NCBI GenBank assembly: GCA_016181175.1
Contig: JACOZV010000003.1
Span: 39,773 to 103,772, forward strand
Origin: Candidatus Yanofskybacteria bacterium
GTDB taxonomy: Bacteria > Patescibacteriota > Minisyncoccia > 2-02-FULL-40-12 > IGHO2-01-FULL-4-A
Length of the DNA: 64,000 nt
Direction: 5' to 3'
A program made the position numbers and the translations under genes. The notes beneath the pieces were generated by a model that saw only the letters and a program-made list of their open reading frames with translations, searched no databases and had not been told where the DNA came from. Shown here in pieces: positions 1 through 8,836 of the stretch. Each line of letters begins with the position of its first letter. The stretch's first letter is position 1.

Positions 1-91
1 CCGATGAATAGTGGGTAGACCGGTCGGCTGCCCTTTTTTGTTATTTGTAGAACCTAGTTCTGCTAAAAATAGATAGAGCGCCGGAAATCTT

Positions 92-379
92 ATGCGTCTA
101 CCAAAGGTTTTATGGGTTTTTGTACTGGTCGTTTCTGTTGCCTATTTTGGCTACTCGGTTTATATGTTTTACTGGCGCATACTTTATTGTTCCAACTTGG
201 CAACAGAGGGCTCTAAAATACCACCCATAGAGATTTATGACACCATTGCTTACGAGAAAACCTTTAGGAAAGTTTGTGGCGGAGGGCCAGGATTTATACC
301 TATTGTGATTAGTGTTGTCGGAATGTACTATGGATTTCGTGGCTGGGTTCTAAATTCCGTAAAAGACCATAAAAAATAA
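92..379 (+). CDS. small two-TM membrane protein, hypothetical
   Basis: 95 aa ORF with two hydrophobic segments flanking a loop with two Cys; same layout as the next ORF. Confidence 0.7.
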   Translation: MRLPKVLWVFVLVVSVAYFGYSVYMFYWRILYCSNLATEGSKIPPIEIYDTIAYEKTFRKVCGGGPGFIPIVISVVGMYYGFRGWVLNSVKDHKK

Positions 380-381
380 AG

Positions 382-669
382 GTGAATAAAAATATAACCA
401 TGTTATCCAAAAAACATATTAGAATTTTTTCTCTTGTAATCGCTATTATTTTTGTCGTCCTTTCCGTGGGCAATATGGTTTTAAGAGTTGCTACATGTAT
501 TCAGCTAGAAAAACCGACCGCACCGCCGACAGATTATAGTTCAGATAGCGAAGTGGACGCATGGATTACTTATAAAAAGTTCTGCAGAAATCCCGTGCCT
601 TATATTATTCTTCTCTTAAGTGGTGGATATTTAATCTCTGCTATTCGGAAATTAAAGCGCAAGTACTAA
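382..669 (+). CDS. small two-TM membrane protein, probable paralog of 92..379
   Basis: 95 aa, TM-RxxxC...PP...KxC..P-TM layout; starts 2 bp after the previous stop. Confidence 0.7.
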   Translation: MNKNITMLSKKHIRIFSLVIAIIFVVLSVGNMVLRVATCIQLEKPTAPPTDYSSDSEVDAWITYKKFCRNPVPYIILLLSGGYLISAIRKLKRKY

Positions 670-740
670 AGGTATAGAAAATATAATAATTTAGTGCTAA
701 ATTGGATTTATCTAATAGTTTTGTATTACTCAAAGATGTA

Positions 741-1502
741 ATGAAGAATCCTAAATTTCCAAAAGATTTTATAAATAAGATTGTCTGTGGTGATGTTTTA
801 GATATAATGAGACATATCCCGAATGACTCTGTTGATTTAGTAATTACTTCACCGCCATATAATCTCAAGAACTCAACTGGCAATGGTATGAAAGACGGCC
901 GAGGCGGTAAATGGGCAAATGCCGCTTTACAAAAAGGTTATACTCATCATGACGATTGTATGCCTCACGAAGAATATGTTAAGTGGCAGAAAAATTGTCT
1001 TACCGAAATGATGAGGATTATCCCTGAACATGGCGCTATTTTCTATAACCACAAGAGGCGAGTTCAAGACGGCATATTGCAGGACCGCCAAGATATAGTG
1101 GGCGGTTTCCCGGTGCGTCAAATTATAATCTGGCAGCGTAAGGGCGGTCTCAATTTTAATCCCGGTTATTTTCTTCCGACTCATGAGGTCATTTATCTTA
1201 TCGCAAAACCCAAATTTAAGCTTGCACCTAAAGCCAACGCTCATGGTGATGTTTGGGAATTTACTCAAGAAATGAAGAATAAACATCCGGCCGCTTTTCC
1301 GGTAGACCTTATTGACCGGATTGTTTCGTCTACTACGGCCCAAACCATTTTAGACCCTTTCATGGGTTCGGGCACTACGGCAATTTCTGCCCTTAATCAT
1401 AAAAGAAATTATATCGGGATTGAAATTTCTCCCGAATATTGTAAAATGGCACAACAAAGAATTAAAGACTATAAACCCCAAGACCCATTTTTATTACAAT
1501 GA
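741..1502 (+). CDS. site-specific DNA methyltransferase, beta class (N4-C/N6-A)
   Basis: motif IV TSPPY precedes motif I DPFMGSGTT; HPAAFP motif; ATG at 741 chosen over TTG at 702. Confidence 0.92.
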   Translation: MKNPKFPKDFINKIVCGDVLDIMRHIPNDSVDLVITSPPYNLKNSTGNGMKDGRGGKWANAALQKGYTHHDDCMPHEEYVKWQKNCLTEMMRIIPEHGAIFYNHKRRVQDGILQDRQDIVGGFPVRQIIIWQRKGGLNFNPGYFLPTHEVIYLIAKPKFKLAPKANAHGDVWEFTQEMKNKHPAAFPVDLIDRIVSSTTAQTILDPFMGSGTTAISALNHKRNYIGIEISPEYCKMAQQRIKDYKPQDPFLLQ

Positions 1503-2296
1503 AAAAAGAACCGGTTATTTATACAAAGCAAGCGCTTATAGAAAAGCTCAAAGAAATTGCCGATATGGGTTGGATTAAGAACGCTCGCCATGGCAATCAG
1601 GGCGGTGTTGGGAATACTTTAGAAGATTTGCTTGGTATAGAGGAGAACAATCTGCCAATTCCTAATGCGGCCGAATGGGAGTTAAAGACACAAAGATTAA
1701 ATTCCGGCTCTTTGTGTACTCTTTTTCACATGGAGCCATCGCCCCGGGCCATTGGATTTGTTCCGAAAGTTCTTTTACCTAAATATGGCTGGCCTCATCA
1801 AGAGAGTGGTAAGAAATATACCAAAGGAGAAATGAGTTTTAGGCAAACCATTCAAGGACTTTCTAGGAGCGACCGCGGATTTATGGTTAAGATTGACCGG
1901 AAAGCAAAAAGGGTGCTGGTTTCTTTTGACACTAAAAGCGTAGATGCACGACACAAGAAATGGCTTAAGTCAGTTGAAAAACGCGTAGGTTTAGGCGAAT
2001 TAAATCCACAGCCCTATTGGGGCTTTGACGACTTGGAGCATAAGGCCGGGACCAAATTGCTAAACGCTTTCTATGTCCAAGCTAAAGTTAAAAAGATACG
2101 AGGCAAAGAGCATTACAAATATAGCAAGGTTATGATGTTGCAGAAGTTTAGTTTTGAAGGATTTTTGAAGGCGATTGAGGAGGCACAAATCTTTGTAGAT
2201 TTTGATGCCCGCACCGGTCATAATCACGGGACGAAATTTAGGGTAAGAGAGGACAGTTTACCGATGCTTTATGAAAAAGTAACGACCATTTTATGA
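1499..2296 (+). CDS. MvaI/BcnI-family type II restriction endonuclease
   Basis: GGVGNTLEDLLGIEENN, ELKTQR, TLFHMEP and NHGTKFR motifs; ATGA overlap with the MTase. Confidence 0.85.
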   Translation: MKKEPVIYTKQALIEKLKEIADMGWIKNARHGNQGGVGNTLEDLLGIEENNLPIPNAAEWELKTQRLNSGSLCTLFHMEPSPRAIGFVPKVLLPKYGWPHQESGKKYTKGEMSFRQTIQGLSRSDRGFMVKIDRKAKRVLVSFDTKSVDARHKKWLKSVEKRVGLGELNPQPYWGFDDLEHKAGTKLLNAFYVQAKVKKIRGKEHYKYSKVMMLQKFSFEGFLKAIEEAQIFVDFDARTGHNHGTKFRVREDSLPMLYEKVTTIL

Positions 2297-3024
2297 AAGG
2301 TATAAAAGAATCCAAACCCTGGAAAATTGCTAGAAGGGCAAACGATTTCTTACTTCGCTGGTTTGGGTTTGATTTAATCATTGTCTTTCTTTTGGTTGTA
2401 GGAATCATCGTTATAATTAATTTCGGCGATCGGTCTGATTTTGACAAACTTGCTGTTTCTTTAATTCTTTGGGGAACTGCACTTTCTATTATTCAATATA
2501 CCAAAGAAACACACGGGCTTAGACTTTCAAATAAACGGCTTCTTGACAGTAGCGAGAGAGCAAACAATATAGCAGCAAGGCCGATACTTGCACCACGTTT
2601 TTTAGAAACAAACTACGGTACTGCTAATTACATCTCGGTTAATCTAAAGAATGTAGGAGGAGGGGTTGCAAAAAATATTCGGTGGAGCATCAAAGTAAAT
2701 AAAGATTCAGATAGCCTAGCTGATAAAAATTTATTCTGGCGGAGTTTAAACGAAGACACATTGCCTAAAATTTGGCCTAACTTTGGATATAGGGTAACAA
2801 TGTTTAAGAAAATGGATTACGATAACCTGTGGAAGACCGTTCTTATTGTTAAGTATGATTGGGAATTTAGAAACAATGAAACCGAGGTCTTTCCGTTGGA
2901 CCTAGATTATTACGCGTCCTCTGACTTATCCGGAAATCTCTTAGAAAAGTTGGACGATGTCTGGGTTCATGAAAAAATTAGAGAAATCGCGATTCGGCAC
3001 GTTAAATCACAGATAAATGAATAA
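2293..3024 (+). CDS. hypothetical membrane protein
   Basis: 243 aa, two N-terminal TM segments, LKNVGGGVAKNI motif; ATGA overlap with the REase. Confidence 0.7.
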   Translation: MKGIKESKPWKIARRANDFLLRWFGFDLIIVFLLVVGIIVIINFGDRSDFDKLAVSLILWGTALSIIQYTKETHGLRLSNKRLLDSSERANNIAARPILAPRFLETNYGTANYISVNLKNVGGGVAKNIRWSIKVNKDSDSLADKNLFWRSLNEDTLPKIWPNFGYRVTMFKKMDYDNLWKTVLIVKYDWEFRNNETEVFPLDLDYYASSDLSGNLLEKLDDVWVHEKIREIAIRHVKSQINE

Positions 3025-3167
3025 GACGGGTTCAAATATCGTTTAATAGTCGGGGGGTAGTGTGATAAGATAGGTTCTAATATCATTCAATACCCTCCGC
3101 CAGTTAGGAAATGAAGTCATTGGCTCGCCCGCTACGCGGGCTCGCCAGCCGTTTTGAATCTAAAATT

Positions 3168-3626
3168 ATGAGAAAATTAATAATTTTTATCATCATCGCA
3201 GTTATTGTCGGCGCAGGCGTGTACTACGCTAGTTTTTATTTCAGAGAGACAAGGGTACAGGAAGAAATTCCTAAAGAAATGCTTACTAATATCAAGACGC
3301 TTCGCCGGGGCAACTTCGAAAAAATTGACATTATCCACGGCGGTTCTGGAAAGGCCCTGTTGCTGGAAGATGCCACTGGGCACAAACTGTTGAGGTTCGA
3401 GAATTTTGAAGTAACTAATGGCCCCGATCTTTACGTTTATCTTTCACGTAATCTCAAACCAACCGGAGACACCGAAAGTTTGGGTGATTTTATAAATCTT
3501 GGGCCTCTCAAGGGTAGCAAGGGTAACCAAAATTATGAGATAAATCAAAATATTGACGGCTACAACACGGCGGTGATCTGGTGCAAACAATTTGGGGTAC
3601 TATTTTCTTTCGCGGTTTTACAATAA
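3168..3626 (+). CDS. DM13 domain protein, membrane anchored
   Basis: N-terminal TM; NGPDLYVYLS, LGPLKGSKGNQNY and VIWCKQFGVLF motifs. Confidence 0.88.
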   Translation: MRKLIIFIIIAVIVGAGVYYASFYFRETRVQEEIPKEMLTNIKTLRRGNFEKIDIIHGGSGKALLLEDATGHKLLRFENFEVTNGPDLYVYLSRNLKPTGDTESLGDFINLGPLKGSKGNQNYEINQNIDGYNTAVIWCKQFGVLFSFAVLQ

Positions 3627-3680
3627 TTCGAATTGGTTTGGAGCTTCTCAAAACCACAATTTTGTGGTATTTTTATACTT

Positions 3681-3714
3681 GGAGGGTTCGCCTAATGGTT
3701 AAGGCACCACTCTT
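3681..3714 (+). pseudogene. 5' half of a tRNA-Ser-like gene truncated in the anticodon loop
   Basis: GGAGGGT TC GCCTAATGGTTAAGGC A CCACT CTT gives acceptor 5' strand, D-arm and anticodon stem 5' strand, then unrelated sequence. Confidence 0.65.
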
Positions 3715-3845
3715 TAATCCAGCTCTTGGCGGTGAGGTGGCCGAGTGGGTTGAATGCGAAGCAAGCAGCATTCAACGGGCAACAAAAAGTTGCCCCGGAA
3801 ACATGAGGTCAACAGTTTTTTGATTGAGGCTTTGTTGAAATTATT

Positions 3846-3935
3846 GGTGAGGTGGCCGAGTGGTTTAAGGCAACGGTCTTGAAAACCGTCATACGGGAAA
3901 CCGTATCGTGAGTTCGAATCTCACCCTCACCACCA
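3846..3935 (+). tRNA. tRNA-Ser(TGA)
   Basis: acceptor GGTGAGG/CCTCACC, anticodon arm ACGGT-CTTGAAA-ACCGT, long variable arm, GTTCGAAT, encoded CCA. Confidence 0.95.
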
Positions 3936-3961
3936 AGAGCTGGGCAAGTGCTATATAAAAA

Positions 3962-4504
3962 ATGGCTCACATAATTGATCTTAAAAATAGGCAGACGGTA
4001 TTGAAACCAGAAAATGGCGAAAGGTTGAATTTAGAGCAATCCTCAATCAGGGTTATTTCCTGGTCCGGCCGACTTTATCACCAGCCCAATAGGTTTGCGG
4101 CTACGGTTGCGGCAGTTATTTTTTTTGGAATCGCTGTTTTGATCCAAATTTTTCAAAAAAATCTCATCACAACCGTTTTTTTTGCTTTGATTGGTGCGGT
4201 AATTTTGCTCAACACAAGACATGAACCCACAAACAATAATTTTGAAATAAACCCGGGCGGCATATCAGTAAATGGCAAAATATACAACTACCGTGAAATC
4301 AAATCGTTTTGGATTGAATATGACCTAACGCTTGGCATAAAAGAATTGAGTCTGCAATTAAAAAAATGGCACACGCCTTATGTTAAAATACCCATAGCCG
4401 AGCAAAATCCTGTACAGCTGAGGTTGGCTCTGCTAGAGTTTTTACCTGAGGTTGAACACAAGGATACACTTGTTGAAATATTGGCGAGAAAATTAGGAAT
4501 TTAA
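3962..4504 (+). CDS. conserved hypothetical membrane protein
   Basis: 180 aa, two TM segments followed by a beta-rich soluble domain (YREIKSFWI). Confidence 0.8.
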   Translation: MAHIIDLKNRQTVLKPENGERLNLEQSSIRVISWSGRLYHQPNRFAATVAAVIFFGIAVLIQIFQKNLITTVFFALIGAVILLNTRHEPTNNNFEINPGGISVNGKIYNYREIKSFWIEYDLTLGIKELSLQLKKWHTPYVKIPIAEQNPVQLRLALLEFLPEVEHKDTLVEILARKLGI

Positions 4505-4505
4505 A

Positions 4506-4577
4506 CCTCTCGTAGTTCAATGGACAGAACGCGAGATTGCGGATCTCGTAATCCAGGTTCGAATCCTGGCGGGAGGA
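4506..4577 (+). tRNA. tRNA-Arg(GCG)
   Basis: acceptor CCTCTCG/CGGGAGG, anticodon arm CGAGA-TTGCGGA-TCTCG, GGTTCGAATCC. Confidence 0.93.
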
Positions 4578-4580
4578 CAA

Positions 4581-4626
4581 AATTGAAAAGCCGCCACGTT
4601 CTTTGGGGTGTGGCGGCTTTTCAATT
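4581..4626. terminator. intrinsic terminator-like hairpin
   Basis: AATTGAAAAGCCGCCAC ... GTGGCGGCTTTTCAATT inverted repeat right after tRNA-Arg. Confidence 0.75.
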
Positions 4627-4661
4627 GGAGAGATTGGTGATATTAAAGTTATAATTAAACC

Positions 4662-6821
4662 ATGTTTGACTTGAACACTCCCATCGAAAAACTCACTCGT
4701 GTCGGACCGAAGTTTTTGGCACGTTTGAAAAAACTGGAAATAAAATCAATCAAAGATTTATTGTGGCACTTCCCGGCACGCTATGACGACTTCAGTAAGT
4801 TATTACTAATATCAGACATTAATAACGCGGGGGAAGTTGTAAGTATTGCCGGCGAAGTGACAGATATCGAAATGGCAAGGTCATGGCGGCGCAGAATGAT
4901 CATTGTTAACGCAACTGTTGAAGACCAAAGCGGTTCTATCCGCGCTGTCTGGTTCAACCAGCCTTATATCGCTGATGCCTTAAAAATCGGGACAAATGTC
5001 AGCTTATCCGGCAAAATTTCCATGGACAAAAATGGCTTATACTTTTCGTCACCATCTTATGAAAAAATTTTTCCGCTAGAAACCGGTTTAACACACACCG
5101 GCCGGCTGGTTCCTGTTTATCCGGAAACCGAAGGCATTACCTCCAAGTACTTGCGTTTTTTGATTAAACCAATCCTTTTAAAAATGAGAGGTGTGCCCGA
5201 TCCCCTACCGTCAGAGATTATTAAAAAATATAACCTGCCAAACTTAGTTAAAGCCATCAATCAAATACATTTTCCGAAAAATCTGGAACAAGCCGAATCG
5301 GCAAGAAAAAGATTTACACTTGAAGAGTTACTTTTATTCCAACTGAGAACGTTGCGCGATCACAGGCAACTCCGAATGTTAAAAGCACCCCGAATTAATT
5401 TTGACAAGAAAATAATATCAGACTTCGTGAAAAATCTGCCCTTTAAATTGACCGATGATCAGAGAGTAGCGGCATATGAAATTCTACAAGACTTGGAACG
5501 GCCTTTTCCCATGAACCGGCTCCTTAACGGCGACGTCGGTTCCGGAAAAACTGTTGTGGCATTAATATCAGCTTTTCAAACAGTTTCAGCCGGCTTTCAG
5601 ACAGTATTCATGGCCCCAACGGAAATACTGGCCAAACAACACTTTGACTCGCTTTGTTCAACCATACTCACTGCAAGTCGCTCGCTCAACGCGGACGCAA
5701 AAATCAAAATCGGATTGTTAACCGGGAGTGAAGCAAAGCAATTCCCGACAGACGAGGTTGTTGAAGAAAAAATCAGTAAGAAATTGCTGGCATTAAAAAT
5801 TGCCAAGGGGCAAATAGATATTGTAATCGGCACCCATGCAGTAATTCAAAAGGGTATAAAATTTGCGAAATTAGGCCTTGTAATAATAGACGAGCAACAC
5901 AGATTCGGAGTTAAACAACGAATGCAGCTAATTAAAAATCAAGAATTGGTGCCGCACCTCCTGTCCATGACCGCGACTCCGATCCCGCGCACACTAGCTC
6001 TGACCGTCTATGGAGACTTGGACGTTTCACTGATTAAAGAAAAACCCAAAGGTAGGCAGCAAATTATCACCAAAATTATTCCGCACAGTAAAAGAAGTGA
6101 CGCTCTTGAATTTGTAGAACAACAAATTCGGTCTGGACGCCAAGTTTTTGTCATATGTCCTCAAATTGAAACATCAAAAACAGAAGAACCGGCGCAAAAC
6201 AAACCAATTTCACAAACAAAATTAGTTTGGGCCGAAATTAAGGCCGTATCCGATGAGTACGAGAAACTCTCAAAAAAAGTTTTTTCCCACCGTAGGGTGG
6301 CAATGCTCCATGGAAAAATGAAACCAAAAGATAAGAATGAAATTATGAAAAAATTCAAAGATGGGCATTATGACATACTGGTATCCACTTCCGTTGTTGA
6401 AGTGGGCATGGACATACCCAACGCCGCCGTCATGATGATTGAGTCGGCCGAAAGATTCGGCTTGGCCCAATTGCATCAATTCCGGGGACGGGTCGGCCGC
6501 GGCAAACACCAATCATATTGCTTATTGTTTACAAGCAGTAACGACACACGGACAACCCGTAATTTAAAAGCACTTGAAAAAACCGACAGCGGTTTTGAGT
6601 TGGCAGAAGCTGATCTAAAAATACGCGGTCCCGGGGAATTTACGGGAACGCAACAGTCAGGCCTTCCTGATTTTGCAATGGCGTCACTTGCCGACATTGA
6701 TCTGATAAAAAAAACCAGGCTTGAAGCCAGGTTATTATTAAAAGATGATCCGGCGCTGAAACGCCATCCGCTCCTTGCCGCCAGATTGGCAGAAATGCAA
6801 AGATTGGTCCATTTTGAATAA
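4662..6821 (+). CDS. recG: ATP-dependent DNA helicase RecG
   Basis: GDVGSGKT, DEQHRFGV, MTATPIPRTL, QLHQFRGRVGR and DLKIRGPGE motifs. Confidence 0.98.
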   Translation: MFDLNTPIEKLTRVGPKFLARLKKLEIKSIKDLLWHFPARYDDFSKLLLISDINNAGEVVSIAGEVTDIEMARSWRRRMIIVNATVEDQSGSIRAVWFNQPYIADALKIGTNVSLSGKISMDKNGLYFSSPSYEKIFPLETGLTHTGRLVPVYPETEGITSKYLRFLIKPILLKMRGVPDPLPSEIIKKYNLPNLVKAINQIHFPKNLEQAESARKRFTLEELLLFQLRTLRDHRQLRMLKAPRINFDKKIISDFVKNLPFKLTDDQRVAAYEILQDLERPFPMNRLLNGDVGSGKTVVALISAFQTVSAGFQTVFMAPTEILAKQHFDSLCSTILTASRSLNADAKIKIGLLTGSEAKQFPTDEVVEEKISKKLLALKIAKGQIDIVIGTHAVIQKGIKFAKLGLVIIDEQHRFGVKQRMQLIKNQELVPHLLSMTATPIPRTLALTVYGDLDVSLIKEKPKGRQQIITKIIPHSKRSDALEFVEQQIRSGRQVFVICPQIETSKTEEPAQNKPISQTKLVWAEIKAVSDEYEKLSKKVFSHRRVAMLHGKMKPKDKNEIMKKFKDGHYDILVSTSVVEVGMDIPNAAVMMIESAERFGLAQLHQFRGRVGRGKHQSYCLLFTSSNDTRTTRNLKALEKTDSGFELAEADLKIRGPGEFTGTQQSGLPDFAMASLADIDLIKKTRLEARLLLKDDPALKRHPLLAARLAEMQRLVHFE

Positions 6822-6822
6822 T

Positions 6823-7155
6823 TTAGCCGGTAATTCTTTGTTTCACAACCTCGGCTAACTTTTGAAATTCGTACACGTCAAATGATTTTTTGTATGCCTG
6901 AATCTTTAGAATTTCTTCTATCTGCCGGTCAATAAACTCACAAATGGGCAAAATGTCTAAAAAGTCTCTGGAGCTCACGGAAGGATCATTATCCATTTCC
7001 AGCAACTTTTGTTCTAAATCTTCATAATCATCCAAAATCCTATTGACCCTTTTTGCTCTTTTAATGTCGTAAAGAATTTTAAGGGTAAACGATATGACGG
7101 CGCCAGCCATCAAAAGGAATAAAAGCGTAGTGTTTGCTCTCACACCGACCCTCAT
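6823..7155 (-). CDS. hypothetical membrane-anchored protein
   Basis: 110 aa ORF with N-terminal TM filling the recG-glycosyltransferase gap; start uncertain. Confidence 0.6.
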   Translation of the reverse strand: MRVGVRANTTLLFLLMAGAVISFTLKILYDIKRAKRVNRILDDYEDLEQKLLEMDNDPSVSSRDFLDILPICEFIDRQIEEILKIQAYKKSFDVYEFQKLAEVVKQRITG

Positions 7156-7216
7156 TAAAATATTAAGATTCTGTATTAAGAATATAAATAAATACTTTAC
7201 TTGTAAAGATCACCCC

Positions 7217-8791
7217 TTAGGTTTTTGGGTAACTCCGCGACTTTGGAGTTACCCAAAAACCCATATATTTACCGAGCATAAGACGGGTTTGAGCCTCAAG
7301 ACCCGGTAACGAACCAAGAAGAATAGTCGTTACCGGAAATAGAATCCACTGAAGTAACATCCAAACATGCTTAAATTTTCCATATCGCGGAGGCCTGGGT
7401 GGCAAAACAAAAATTGTAAATATGGCTGACGTCACCAATCCAATCATCGCAAAGGTCATAATTAAACGCGTAATAAACGGCAAGTTAAAAGACAAGACTG
7501 TTCTGTTAAACTGACTGCCTCCAACAATTACAGGCAACCAGCCAAGTAAAAATATTATAATCGCATTGGTGGCCCATGACCAAAATCTTTCCAACATTGT
7601 AAGGGCCAGGTAAATTTTCTTACCCAGACCGATTGCCTTATTTTTATAAAACCCAAAAATAAAATATGGCACATTTTCTACGCCATATCCCCAACGCCGC
7701 TGTTGCTTATAAACATTTACCATGGTTCGCCAAAACGTTTGGCCCACATTAGCATCCATTGAAACTGGGTAATATAAAGGTTCTACCTTGTATCGACTGT
7801 CATACCGCAAAAAACATTGCCAAAAAATGCGCGAATCCTCAGAAACCATGTTGGTCTGCCAAAAATCCACATCAACCAATGCGGCCAATGGCATTGAATG
7901 GCTAGAAAAAGTAGTGTCACTTTCCATGCGTTCCTGTTTTATCGTATGCCAGAATGTTGAAGAAAAAGCCACAACCCGCGCAAATGACGGTGCTTCCCAA
8001 ATGTTATTGGTATAAAACGGCACTGGCTGATAAGAAGAATGCAGTGGATCTTGCGAAGTAAGAAATGTATAAGTTAGGCGTAAAAAATATTGCGGAAAAA
8101 CGATAGTATCAATATCCAGAGCCGAAACTAAAACGCGATCATGTAAAATTCCCATATTATCTATTACTTCGCGTTTAGTAAATTTACCAGCCCAAGCAAT
8201 GTTAGATCCCTTGCCAGCCAACTCACCCTGTAGCGAAGCTGGGTGTTCAACAATTATCAATTTTAAAAAAACATTTTGGTATTTTGAAATTATTATTTTT
8301 GCTACCGAGGAATTAAAATCTTTCCCTGCCCGTTCTTCCTGAGCAACTACGACAATCATCCTGTTCTTTGGGTAATTTGAATTTGTTAATCCATCCAAGG
8401 TTGCATTTATCATTTCCGGATCTTCCTTGTAGGTAGGTAACAAAACTAAATGATAAATATCCTGCCAAGACTTAATGGCTGGCAACTGATAACTGGCGAC
8501 TGGCAACTGGTTTAAAGCCTTTGACCAGTCAATTTTCATATTCAAGCGCATTTGTTTAAACGCGACCCGCAAATGGAAAGACAAGTAAACCGTTTTAACA
8601 AACCAATAAACATCAAAAATAATTATAAAAATTGCGACAATAACAGGTTGAATAAATGATAAAACAACCGCAGCTATTAAAGTGGCCCAGGCCAGAAATC
8701 CAGGCAAAATCTCAAAAAACCGGTATAAAAACCGGTCCTTTTTATCAATTAAATCAGGGGCTCTACCTAATTTTAAATAACTATCAACCAC
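7217..8791 (-). CDS. membrane GT2-family processive glycosyltransferase
   Basis: LPTYKE, DID, VSED and QQRRW (D,D,D,QxxRW) motifs; multiple TM segments. Confidence 0.9.
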   Translation of the reverse strand: MVDSYLKLGRAPDLIDKKDRFLYRFFEILPGFLAWATLIAAVVLSFIQPVIVAIFIIIFDVYWFVKTVYLSFHLRVAFKQMRLNMKIDWSKALNQLPVASYQLPAIKSWQDIYHLVLLPTYKEDPEMINATLDGLTNSNYPKNRMIVVVAQEERAGKDFNSSVAKIIISKYQNVFLKLIIVEHPASLQGELAGKGSNIAWAGKFTKREVIDNMGILHDRVLVSALDIDTIVFPQYFLRLTYTFLTSQDPLHSSYQPVPFYTNNIWEAPSFARVVAFSSTFWHTIKQERMESDTTFSSHSMPLAALVDVDFWQTNMVSEDSRIFWQCFLRYDSRYKVEPLYYPVSMDANVGQTFWRTMVNVYKQQRRWGYGVENVPYFIFGFYKNKAIGLGKKIYLALTMLERFWSWATNAIIIFLLGWLPVIVGGSQFNRTVLSFNLPFITRLIMTFAMIGLVTSAIFTIFVLPPRPPRYGKFKHVWMLLQWILFPVTTILLGSLPGLEAQTRLMLGKYMGFWVTPKSRSYPKT

Positions 8792-8836
8792 AGACTCACA
8801 TTAGTTTAAAAATTAAAAGGGGGCAACATGCCCCAG

